This document shows positions 21,080-32,779 of a stretch of 64,000 nt of DNA, piece after piece (the stretch's first letter is position 1; each line of letters begins with the position of its first letter). Made by a program: the position numbers and the translations under genes. This DNA is from Selaginella moellendorffii (taxonomy: Eukaryota > Plantae > Lycopodiophyta). Location of the stretch: positions 760,371 through 824,370 of the forward strand of contig NW_003314278.1 in assembly GCF_000143415.4 (NCBI RefSeq), read 5' to 3'. The notes under the pieces were generated by a model. That model saw nothing but the letters and a program-made list of their open reading frames with translations, had not been told where the DNA came from and searched no databases.

Positions 21080-22753
21080 ATGGCTTCCACTCAGCTTAGA
21101 AATTACACTTCGTGCTTCCCGAAGAGCAGCTTCAAGCCTGCAAGGCCATCCTTGGTTGTTGCAAGTGCCGTAAGATTCGCTCCAAACAAGAACAACGAGG
21201 ATGTTTTGCTTGTAATTGGCAGCAAAACAAAGAAAGTAGATGTCTCCGTGGAGAAAGTTCTGGTCAAGGAGCTAGAGCAGGCATACAAAGTCTCGCCCAT
21301 CAAAACTCTTCCGGCACCACCAGCGGAGGAGCTTCATCCCCCAGCCGAGGAAAAGAAGTCAGAGCTGAGCCAGAGATGGAGAGAAATTCAAGGGGCTTAC
21401 GACTGGGAGGGCCTGCTGGAGCATCCTATCGATCCATGCCTGCGAGCCGAGATCATCCGCTACGGCGAGTTTGCTCAAGCTTGCTATGACGCCTTCGACA
21501 TGAACACTCGGTCCAAGTACTGCGGAAGCTGTAAGTATAGCAAGAAAGAGCTCTTTGACCGAGTGGATCTGCCGGGCCGAGGTTACGAAGTGACCAAGTT
21601 TCTCTACGCCACCGCGGACCCGGAGATCCCGTTCTTCTTCAAAAGCTCCGAGGCCTCGGACTCTCCCAACCGGGACTCCAACTGGATCGGCTACGTCGCC
21701 GTGGCTACCTGCGAGAAGGAGATCGCAAGGCTAGGGAGGCGAGACATCGTCGTTGCCTGGCGGGGGACCGTCACCTCGATCGAGTGGTCCGAGAACTTCA
21801 AGGACTTCCTCACACCCGCGGGGCTGGATCAGCGACACTGGGACAAGAACAAGTGCTCGTTCCTCGACGGTGTCAAGGTGGAGAATGGCTTCCTCCACTT
21901 GTACACGTCCAAGAAGAAGAGTGCCAAGAAGAAGAAGAACCGGAGTGCCCGCGAGCAGCTGCTGTGGGAGATCCATCGCCTTGTTGGTCTCTACAAGGGC
22001 GAGCAGCTGAGCATCACGGTGACTGGGCACAGCCTCGGCGGAGCCCTGGCGCTCCTCAGCGCCTACGATATCGCTGAGTCAGGCATGGACGAGCCCCTCA
22101 CGAGCGTCGTGTCCGGGAGCTACTGCGAGCAGCAGGGATCTCCGACCGGAACCATGGATCCCATCTTCGAGACCCTACCCCGGCCTCACAACATCGACGA
22201 CGATCCGACCAACAACATTCCCGTCACCGTCTTCTCCTTTGCCGCCCCCCGGGTAGGGAACGATGCGTTCCGTGATCGATGCGACTCGCTCGGTATCAAA
22301 GTCCTTCGCGTTGTCAACGAGAAGGACTTGGTCCCCAAAACTCCGGGGATCTTCTTCAACGAGAAGAGCTTCGCATTCATCCGGGCGGTGATCGACAATC
22401 TCCCATGGACCTATTCTCACGTCGGCCAGCAGCTCCAGGTTTGCAGCACGCACTCGCCATTGCTCCAGCCCACGATGAATCCGTCTTGGCATCACAACTT
22501 GGAAGCCCACTTGCATCTCTTAGATGGGTATCACGGCCCAGACAAGCCGTTTTCTTCAATGACGCAGAGGGATCCAGCGCTGGTGAACAAGGCTGCCGAT
22601 TTCTTGATCGAGGAAATGGGTATCCCGGGTTTTTGGTGGCAAGAGATGCACAAGGGTCTGGTAAAGGATTTATCTGGAAGATGGGTGCAGCCTCACAGGG
22701 AACTCCACGATGGAGACGACGAAGATTGTTGCAAATATCGTCGACGTCACTGA
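21080..22753 (+). CDS. Phospholipase A1 (DAD1-like class 3 lipase), probably plastid-targeted
   Basis: WREIQG, YGEFAQACYD, RRDIVVAWRGT, GHSLGG, HNLE. Confidence 0.92.
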   Translation: MASTQLRNYTSCFPKSSFKPARPSLVVASAVRFAPNKNNEDVLLVIGSKTKKVDVSVEKVLVKELEQAYKVSPIKTLPAPPAEELHPPAEEKKSELSQRWREIQGAYDWEGLLEHPIDPCLRAEIIRYGEFAQACYDAFDMNTRSKYCGSCKYSKKELFDRVDLPGRGYEVTKFLYATADPEIPFFFKSSEASDSPNRDSNWIGYVAVATCEKEIARLGRRDIVVAWRGTVTSIEWSENFKDFLTPAGLDQRHWDKNKCSFLDGVKVENGFLHLYTSKKKSAKKKKNRSAREQLLWEIHRLVGLYKGEQLSITVTGHSLGGALALLSAYDIAESGMDEPLTSVVSGSYCEQQGSPTGTMDPIFETLPRPHNIDDDPTNNIPVTVFSFAAPRVGNDAFRDRCDSLGIKVLRVVNEKDLVPKTPGIFFNEKSFAFIRAVIDNLPWTYSHVGQQLQVCSTHSPLLQPTMNPSWHHNLEAHLHLLDGYHGPDKPFSSMTQRDPALVNKAADFLIEEMGIPGFWWQEMHKGLVKDLSGRWVQPHRELHDGDDEDCCKYRRRH

Positions 22754-23049
22754 GGGACTGTGCTACGGAAAGAGAGTAGCGAAGGTTGGCACAATAATTG
22801 CATTGCGTAAAGAACAATGTTTAGTGACAAACAGCATATTTCGGAGCCTGTACAAGTTGTGAATACAATAATGAATGGATTTGCGTAAAGAAAGAATTTG
22901 TCAATGTTGAAGAGTGACAGGATGAGCTCGAGCGTTTCAGTTTGAAAGTTCAAAATTCAGACAAAGTAAAAGGACTTTGACTGATCAGGTCAAACACGCG
23001 GCTGACATGACTATAATAGGGATCGCTGAGACTGGAATTTCTTATCACA

Positions 23050-24498
23050 ATGGCAGCCATGGCCGCAGCTCCCAGCAGCGCTAAGATCATTGGCCCGCCT
23101 TCACATCCACAGTGTTTAGATGTGAAGGATTCCACCTGTCTGGCACTATCGACCCACAAATCTTTCAAATTCGCATCGAAGATTCACGCAAAGCGAGCGC
23201 TCAGACCACCTAGTGGTCGCCTGTGGAGTAAGTGGCGAGAGCTGCAAGGAGCTGACAATTGGCTGGGATTGCTGCCCCCGTCACCCAAAATTCGCAAAGC
23301 CGTGGATAGCTACCAGGATGGCGACGCCGCAGGGCCATGCAGCGATTTCATGGACGAGGAGCTACGGCGCGAGATTCTCAAGTACGGCGATCTGTCTCAA
23401 GCCTGCTACGATGGATTCGACAACGACCACCACTCGCGCAAGCGTGGAAATTGCCGCTACAGTCCCAGCGAGCTCCTGGGAAAGACTGTAGCCGCGCGGG
23501 ACCAAGAGTACGAGATCACCAAATATCTGTACGCCACCACGGATCTAGAGCTGCCGAGAATCTTTCCCAGGCCAAGAGCCAGAGACGAGGAGCAAGGAGA
23601 GCCATGGAGCCGAGATTCCAATTGGATGGGCTTCGTGGCCGTGAGTCGTCCGCCTTTGACTGCCGAGATTGGCCGGCGGCACATCGTGATCGCGTGGCGA
23701 GGAACCGTGACTGGCGTGGAGTGGCTGGAGAATCTCCAGGACTATCTCATGCCAGTGGGTTTGGATCCGCGGGACAGATCCACGGCGGGCGTCAAGGTGG
23801 AGAGTGGCTTCCTCGACATCTACACGGCCAGCAAGTCCCGGAGTCGATACAACAAGTTGAGCGCGCGGCAGCAGCTCATCTGCGAGCTCCGCCGCCTGAT
23901 CGCCCAGTTCCAGGCCGACGGCGAGGCGGTGAGCGTCACGGTCACTGGCCACAGCCTCGGCGGCGCGCTGGCGCTGCTCAGCGCCTATGATCTCGCGGAG
24001 CTTGGCATCGCCGGGGATAAGACCCAGATCCCCGCCACCGTCGTCTCCTTCTCCGCACCGCGGGTGGGCAATCGCTGCTTCGCCGCGCGGTGCCGGGAGC
24101 TCGATCTCAAGGTCCTGCGCGTCGTCAACACGCGGGACATCGTCCCAAAGGTCCCCGGGATCTTTGTCAACGAGCAGCGCCAGTGGATGAGTGGCGCCAT
24201 CGGGGAGATGATTCCCTGGGCATATTCGCACGTCGGCACGGAGGTGGCGCTCGACTGTGGCGTGTCACCGTACCTGAGGCGTGGCGCGAACCTGGCGGGG
24301 TGGCACAATTTGGAGGGGCTCTTGCATCTCGTGGATGGATACAGGGGGCCGTACAGGGGGTTTGAGCCGTCTGGGAGGAGGGATCTGGCTCTCGTGAACA
24401 AGGACTCGGACTTGCTGGATCCGAGTCTTGGAATTCCCAGCTTCTGGGGATCCAAACAGCCCGTGCCATTCACATTTTCTCTACAACCTGCCAGATGA
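23050..24498 (+). CDS. Phospholipase A1 (DAD1-like), tandem paralog
   Basis: WRELQG, IVIAWRGT, GHSLGG, HNLE. Confidence 0.92.
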   Translation: MAAMAAAPSSAKIIGPPSHPQCLDVKDSTCLALSTHKSFKFASKIHAKRALRPPSGRLWSKWRELQGADNWLGLLPPSPKIRKAVDSYQDGDAAGPCSDFMDEELRREILKYGDLSQACYDGFDNDHHSRKRGNCRYSPSELLGKTVAARDQEYEITKYLYATTDLELPRIFPRPRARDEEQGEPWSRDSNWMGFVAVSRPPLTAEIGRRHIVIAWRGTVTGVEWLENLQDYLMPVGLDPRDRSTAGVKVESGFLDIYTASKSRSRYNKLSARQQLICELRRLIAQFQADGEAVSVTVTGHSLGGALALLSAYDLAELGIAGDKTQIPATVVSFSAPRVGNRCFAARCRELDLKVLRVVNTRDIVPKVPGIFVNEQRQWMSGAIGEMIPWAYSHVGTEVALDCGVSPYLRRGANLAGWHNLEGLLHLVDGYRGPYRGFEPSGRRDLALVNKDSDLLDPSLGIPSFWGSKQPVPFTFSLQPAR

Positions 24499-24680
24499 TT
24501 GAAGTTCATCAAGAAAAATTCTTCCAAACTTAGACAGACGAATTAGAGGATAGAAAACGTTGATTGATGCAAAAGAAACGCTGACAAAAGAATTCCATAG
24601 AAATTAGGTTATCTGGTTGACCAAGTAAAGGTACTCTAGAGATTCCTCTAAGATTCGAATTAGGGTTTCTAGGGGAGAGA

Positions 24681-25739
24681 ATGGAGGCTGCTAGACATTT
24701 TCAGGGTTCCTGGTTGTGCGTAGGGGATTGGCCGGCGCCAGGCAAGAGGGCGGCGCTCTTGCGAGTCTCGGCGGCGCCATCGCCGCTAGGGGGCGTGAGC
24801 TTGAGCGCGATTGCTGCCAGCTCCAGATCGGCAAAGGTATTTCGAGTGAATTGCACAGCAGCAGCAGCAGCAGCTGGAGAGCAATTAGAAGAGGAGGTAC
24901 TCCCCGATAAGCTGCGTGAGATTGTGAGCCTGTTTGCAGCGGTGCGGGACCAACGCGCAGCGTACGAGCAGTTGATGCACTACGCCAAGAGGCTTCCACC
25001 GCTGCCGGACGAGCACCGCACGGACGCCAACAAGGTGGTGGGCTGCGTCTCCCGCGTCTGGGTGCGAGCCTACCTCGGTGACCACGGCAAGGTGTTATAC
25101 GAGGCCGACTCCGACTCCATCCTCACCAAGGGCTTGGCGGCGCTCCTCGTCGAAGGGCTGTCGGGATCCAGGCCCCGAGAGATCATCCGCTTGACTCCGG
25201 CCTTCTTCCACATGCTCGGCCTCAAGCAGAGCCTCACGCCCGCTCGCACCAGCGGCTTCTACAACATGTTTAGATTGATGCAGAAGAAGGCCTTGGAGAT
25301 GGAGATGGATTCGTCGGCCGGTTCCTCTCCGGCCACCGCCGCCGTCTTGGCGTCGCCCAAGGAGAGTGATGATGCTAGGAGCGCTGCTACGCCTGCTGCT
25401 CCTGCTGCTTCTGCTGCTACGCGATCACCATCCACCATAGCCGAGAGCTCGCCGCCAGCGTCCTCACGGTCCGTGGCGATTGAGAAGAAGCTCCAGGAAG
25501 CGCTAGCGCCGACGGTGTTGGAAGTGGAGGATGTGTCTCACCAGCATGCCGGGCACGCTGCTGTTCGTGGAACCACCGGCGGCGAGACGCACTTTAACGT
25601 CAAGGTTGTGGCGGCAGAGTTTGAAGGCCAGAGCGTGGTGAAGCGGCACAGGCGGGTGTATCAGCTCTTGGAGGACGAGCTCAAGAGCGGGCTCCACGCG
25701 CTCTCCATCGTGGCGAAGGCTCCATCGGAGCTGGGTTAG
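24681..25739 (+). CDS. SUFE1: SufE-BolA fusion protein (plastid Fe-S assembly)
   Basis: SufE domain NKVVGCVSRVW...ADSDS...RTSGF; BolA domain DVSHQHAGH...ETHF...HRRVY...GLHALSI. Confidence 0.93.
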   Translation: MEAARHFQGSWLCVGDWPAPGKRAALLRVSAAPSPLGGVSLSAIAASSRSAKVFRVNCTAAAAAAGEQLEEEVLPDKLREIVSLFAAVRDQRAAYEQLMHYAKRLPPLPDEHRTDANKVVGCVSRVWVRAYLGDHGKVLYEADSDSILTKGLAALLVEGLSGSRPREIIRLTPAFFHMLGLKQSLTPARTSGFYNMFRLMQKKALEMEMDSSAGSSPATAAVLASPKESDDARSAATPAAPAASAATRSPSTIAESSPPASSRSVAIEKKLQEALAPTVLEVEDVSHQHAGHAAVRGTTGGETHFNVKVVAAEFEGQSVVKRHRRVYQLLEDELKSGLHALSIVAKAPSELG

Positions 25740-26022
25740 AAATGAAAATCGTTACGCCACCTTTGTAGGTTCCTTACTTGCGGCGAGAAATTTCTTGCAT
25801 ATATTAAATCATCAACTTGCAGGCCGAATGTTTTGAGCGGATTTTCTTGTCAACATGCAACAAATATCAATCGTAGTCACGTACGTACAGAGAAGAGTGT
25901 GGTTACTGTGATGGTATCTCGGAATCTGCCGTTTGGAATGTGCGAGCATCTGCGAGGGTTATATTACCTTTCGAACCCGAATTGAAAAGGGCAGAGCCTC
26001 ACTCTCCTTTTCTTCGCATCGC

Positions 26023-26304
26023 ATGGCATCTTCCGGAGGAGGAGGAGGAACAATCCAGTTCATGGTGTTCGTCCTCGTTATTGTTCTTTTCAGAGAGAGC
26101 TTGATCTCAGGAAATTCCGTTCGCCAAAAGGAGCAACACATGCTTGTCGAGGATGCTGGCGATCAGTTCATTGGCAGCTCCAGTTCCAGTGAGCATCCTT
26201 ATCTCCAAGAGCAAGCCCTGCGCTCGATCGAGGTCTTCAAATGGCGAGAGAACTCGAGCACCGGTTCTAGAGCCGGCACCGTCCCATGTATTCTTTCTTC
26301 CTGA
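26023..26304 (+). CDS. Putative small secreted protein or peptide precursor
   Basis: 93 aa ORF with an N-terminal hydrophobic stretch (FMVFVLVIVLF); no family recognised. Confidence 0.3.
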   Translation: MASSGGGGGTIQFMVFVLVIVLFRESLISGNSVRQKEQHMLVEDAGDQFIGSSSSSEHPYLQEQALRSIEVFKWRENSSTGSRAGTVPCILSS

Positions 26305-26508
26305 AATGATAACGGAATTGTATTCAAAGGATCACATCACAAAAAAAAAAAAAGAATAGAAACACGTAGCTACGCAGGAGGAGCTGTCGCAGGTGGAAGC
26401 AGAGGCTCAGTGTCGATCCGAGGACGACTTCTCCGGGCTGGAAGAACAAAAAAAAAAGGTTAGAAAGTTAGAATCGGACACTAAAAAAACAAATGGATCA
26501 TGGTCAGA

Positions 26509-27268
26509 CTACTTACAGAAGTAAGTGGTTGCGGCAATTAAAATCATCGACAGCCCCGAGACAAACATGTCTGCGCCAAAAGTAATTCCCAAAAGAACCA
26601 CACCGTACTTGGGAGCCAGGACGAGGATAAGCAGCGCCAGCAGTATCGAAAGAATTCCACTCACGAACACAAACGGCCACGACGACAAGTTACGAACTTG
26701 ACAAGCCATGAAGGTCTTGAGCAGCCCCTGCAAACAAGAAAACACACAAGCAAAGTTGATCAATACAAAGAAGATAACTTACATGTCCCAGGAGCCATCC
26801 AGAGAGCACGAACATGAGCATGACTCCGGCTTCAACCGGTTGGAGCAGCATCCACAGCCCGAATCCCAAATGCAGGAATCCCATGAGAAGAAACGAGCTG
26901 TTCCCGGGTATGTCGTACATGACCCCGAATTGCACCGCGGAGAAGATCCCACCCAGCACCATCACAGCTCCCATCACTTGCTCCACCGCTATAGCGAAAA
27001 CGAACGGGAAGACGAGGCCGATCAAGCCGATCACCGCGAAGAGGAGACCGAAGATTGCCATGTACATCACCAGCCGGCCTACGTGCTCCTCCGGCACGAA
27101 GGCTGTCAAGGCGTTCATGAAGAGGGTGTAGCTGCTGGCTGGAGGTGGCGGTGCCGGTTCCATGGTCGAAGCTGGCTGTCCATAGAAGCCCCTCTCTTCT
27201 TCTTCGCCGGGAAAGACCACGCCGCCGCTCGGCTGCTGCTCTAGCTGCTGAGACTGCGAGGCGCCCAT
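26509..27268 (-). CDS. DUF308/HdeD-like multi-pass membrane protein (2 exons; intron 26728-26782)
   Basis: About six hydrophobic helices with G-rich repeats (GLLFAVIGLIGLVFP...GILSILLALLIL...GADMFVSG); the GT-AG intron joins GH|GLLK. Confidence 0.7.
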
Positions 27269-27452
27269 GATCCTGCTTCTGCGTTTCTCTTTGTCTGCGC
27301 TCTCGTCCGGACCAGCTGAAATAGCATCCGGATTCCGCCACGCGTTTGATTGAGCCCTGCATGCAAATCCTGTGTCGGCCCTCGCTCTGTAACTCGTAAA
27401 AATGTGAATTTGATCAGACCTGTGTGTTTTCTTTTCATCGACAAGATTGGTT

Positions 27453-29351
<1,899 letters not shown>

Positions 29352-29459
29352 AGCCTACTTTTCCACTACGTAGGGCTCTTTAGCGACACGTATAAAGAAA
29401 GACCCTCACGAGTTTTTATTCCACACCTTTCCCATTTACAAATGCATCGCTGAGGCCTC

Positions 29460-31058
29460 TTATTTATTCCACACAAACTTCCCAGCGTCGTCTTTCCGGA
29501 ACAACTTGTCTAGCAGTTCGTCCCACTCGATCTTCAACTTGAGCTGACCAGCTTCGCAGGGGGCTTCTGGTTGTGGACAAACCTCGCCCGCTGCTTCATC
29601 GTCGGGACAAACACCACAATCGCCGTTTCCATTTGCTTGAGTTTCGTCTGCTGATTCGTAGCCGGCTGATGGGACCTCGAGCGTCGCGGCTCTCCTGAGA
29701 GCTGCCTTGTGTTCTTCGTCTTGTTCTTTAGCCCGCGTTTGCTGCCTTGTCATCTTTTGGATTGGTGGCGTGTTCGTTTCGGTGTCTTTGTCCCTCAGCA
29801 TCTACACAGCAAAGCCATCTTTACGCAAAGTTATACAAGTTTGGTCTTAAGTACCTGCAAAGCTTTTTCTGACTCCTCCATGATCGCCAGAATGGAGTGA
29901 TCCGAGATTGCATTGCACGAGAGAACAATGTGCTCGAACCGTCCTTCCACGGGAATGCCGGACTTGACTACCGGAGGATGCTTCCAGCAGCTGCTTCCGC
30001 AAAGGACGAGAGAAACTCAATAAGCCATGAGAAAGGATGGTTACCTACAAAACTTCCGCTCGACGATGTGATACATTCTTCCGGGTGCATACAGCCGCCT
30101 GGGGTCATGCAGCAGCTTCTCCTCCGAAATGCAGGTGTCCTTGAGGCATCTGTAGCCTAGCAAACAAGGAAGACTAGCCAATCCATCGGTCACGCAAACA
30201 CTCGAAAGCAATCCTTTGCTTACCAAAACATCGACTTAAAGATATCTTCCAGAGGGGTAGCCGTCCGAGGAAGGAAGTCGTCCTGTGGAAGTCAGAAGGC
30301 CATAAACAAACAAACCACTCTGGTGTGGAGAAAAGAACGATAAAAAAGCGAGCTCTCACCTGCAAGATGATCGAGTTGATGACATCTGCGTACTTGACAG
30401 CAAGGTTGAGCGACATGCACCTGGCAGGAGCTATGGCGTAGCAGCGAATCTGTTTCCGAGGGATATCCGCGAGAAGAAACGGGAATTGGATCGCTAGAAC
30501 AGCCATGAGCGCGGCCACTCCGGAACCCAAAGAGTGTCCTCCAAACGTCAAAGTATACGTGGGGTACTTGGTGATGCAGTTCCTGAGCGTTTCCTTCTCC
30601 TGGTAGAGCAGCCACACCGCAGCTCTGAGCAATCCATGGTGGACATAGCCATCCAGAAACTCCTGCCTGCCAAGCTTGTTGTCCCAAAGAACCAAGTAGT
30701 CGTTCTCCCGCCGGAGGTTGAGCCCCCTAATCGTCAGAACGATGTCCCTGTGCTCGTGATCCACATAGATGAGATACGGTGGCACAATCCTCTCCAGATC
30801 GCTCGTCTTCTTCACCACATTCTCGAGCGAGATTTTGTAGCCGCCGGGGGGCGCCCACTTCGGGTGCTGCAAATCCCTCTCGTACACCGCCAGGACGAGC
30901 TGGCACACGCGCGGGATCGGCTCCAGCTCGTGCGCATCCGCCGCCGTCCAAGAGCTGCTATCGTCTGCCCCGATGTAGATGCATCGCTTGTACGCCCAGC
31001 GCGTACACCCCAGGCAGTAGATGGCCTCCAGCAGCGGCACTCCAATCGCCGCGGACAT
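29460..31058 (-). CDS. Class 3 lipase with Lipase3_N domain (DAG lipase-like, multi-exon)
   Basis: PPYLIYVDH, IRGLNL, GYVHHGLL, GHSLGSG, APARCMSLNLA, RLYAPGRMYHIVERK. Confidence 0.9.
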
Positions 31059-31731
31059 CGCCGATCAAGAAATGGATGGATCGAGCGATCGATCGGGAAG
31101 AAATTTACCTCGTCCTCCTCTCTAGCGCCTCCATTGCTGAGTAGTATAGGGTTCTAAACACGTGTGGGGCCCTTGCCCTAGAACAGAGCATCCCCTGCGA
31201 TTAGGGCTTTTCTAGGGTTTTCGCTTTCCTTTCGCTCACGCTACGGCCGCGCACTGTCTGCCACAAACACCCGGGAAGATTCGAACCGGGGCGGCGAGAT
31301 GGCGACGAGAGGAGGTGGCGTAGTTAACAAACTAATGTGGGGTTTTAAACTAACACACATGGATTCGGGAGGCATGAGTGAACTGACGGTCCCTCCTGGG
31401 GATGATCCTCTTTATATAAGCACGCAATACCTATTGCCTATCTCCCAAAGTTCGGTTGATTTGCGCGTTCTCTTGATAAAATTCTTTCCCTGGCCCATTC
31501 CTTGATCCTTGATCCTTGACTCTACCATTGTTTTGTTTGCGTGTTGTTTGTTCCAAGCCAAAGTCCTCAGCTGTATCACATAAAAAAGAGAAAATACACC
31601 CCCAGACGCAAAGTCAAAGCAGCGTTAGCTGGAGGAAGGGATCCTTGTTCTTCGCGCATCAGGAATTCTCAGGTGATCGATCGATCGGTGTCGAGTTCTC
31701 GATCAGCAGCAGCAGCAGAGCAGCCGCAGCG

Positions 31732-32025
31732 ATGACTTTGGTGATGGCGAAGATTTTGATGGTGGCAACGGTGGCAATGCTTGTTGTGGCCCCGGTCTTG
31801 GTCCAGGCGCGACATGGTCCAGCTCCCGATCGCGGAATTCCCCGCAGCAGCGATCCGAGGCTTGATTCCAGAGAGCCATCCATCGCGACGGAGGTCACCG
31901 CGACTTTGCAGGAGCAAGCGGCATCATCTTCTTCCCCGTGTGACGCCGATCACCTCTGCAGCCCTCCAATGTTTGGAACCTCCAAGAGAACGGTTCCCAC
32001 GGGACCCAATCCTCTCCACAATTGA
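31732..32025 (+). CDS. CLE: CLE (CLAVATA3/ESR) peptide precursor, R-type
   Basis: Signal peptide MTLVMAKILMVATVAMLVVAPVLVQA and C-terminal dodecapeptide RTVPTGPNPLHN*. Confidence 0.93.
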   Translation: MTLVMAKILMVATVAMLVVAPVLVQARHGPAPDRGIPRSSDPRLDSREPSIATEVTATLQEQAASSSSPCDADHLCSPPMFGTSKRTVPTGPNPLHN

Positions 32026-32779
32026 TTCACTCCAGATCGATCGGCAGTGTACGAGGGGGAAGAACAGGAAGAGTTCCTTGTGTATAGGCGGATTGCGTGA
32101 TCGCGGGTCTTTTAGGAGGATTAGTCCTTTTTTGGTTCTTCGTGGAGGTGTGATAGAAATGTGATCATCGCCACTAGCCACACAATAAATTTTCTTCGAT
32201 CGATGCTTCAATAGATTGATGGATGTCTAAATGGATCGATCGAGATGGAAGATCGCGCTTAAAAGAAGCTGTGGATGGATGGAGCTCGTGGAGCTCGCTG
32301 GAGGAGCTTGAATGGAAACGAGCGTTGGGGAGAGAAAGGGAAAAAGAAATAGCGGCGGGCATCAACGAACAAATGGTGTGCGTTCGTGTTGGTTTCTATT
32401 AACAAAAATGTCAACGTGCTGGGTGGACGTGCCATGTAACGTCCACGTCCGCAGCCACGTCAGCGCACGCACCACCCACGAACGCACGACGCCGAAGAAA
32501 GAAGACACACTCGAAGAAAACCAAAAGAAAAGAGGAGAGGGAGGGCATATTTTGGGGTATCTTTCTCTCTTCCCTCTCGTTGGGCTTTACGCCGTCCCCC
32601 TCAAACAGTTCTTCCTGTGCTTTGTCTCTATGCCGCCGGCGGCAGCCGCGTCGCGCTCTCCTGGTCACGGACGATTAGGTCTTGGCGATTCCGAGAGAAT
32701 GCAGGTTGAATCTCGCGCGGGGATGCGCTGAATCGCGATATTTCGATCACAGCGCGGTATTTCGGGCGATCCATGAGCG

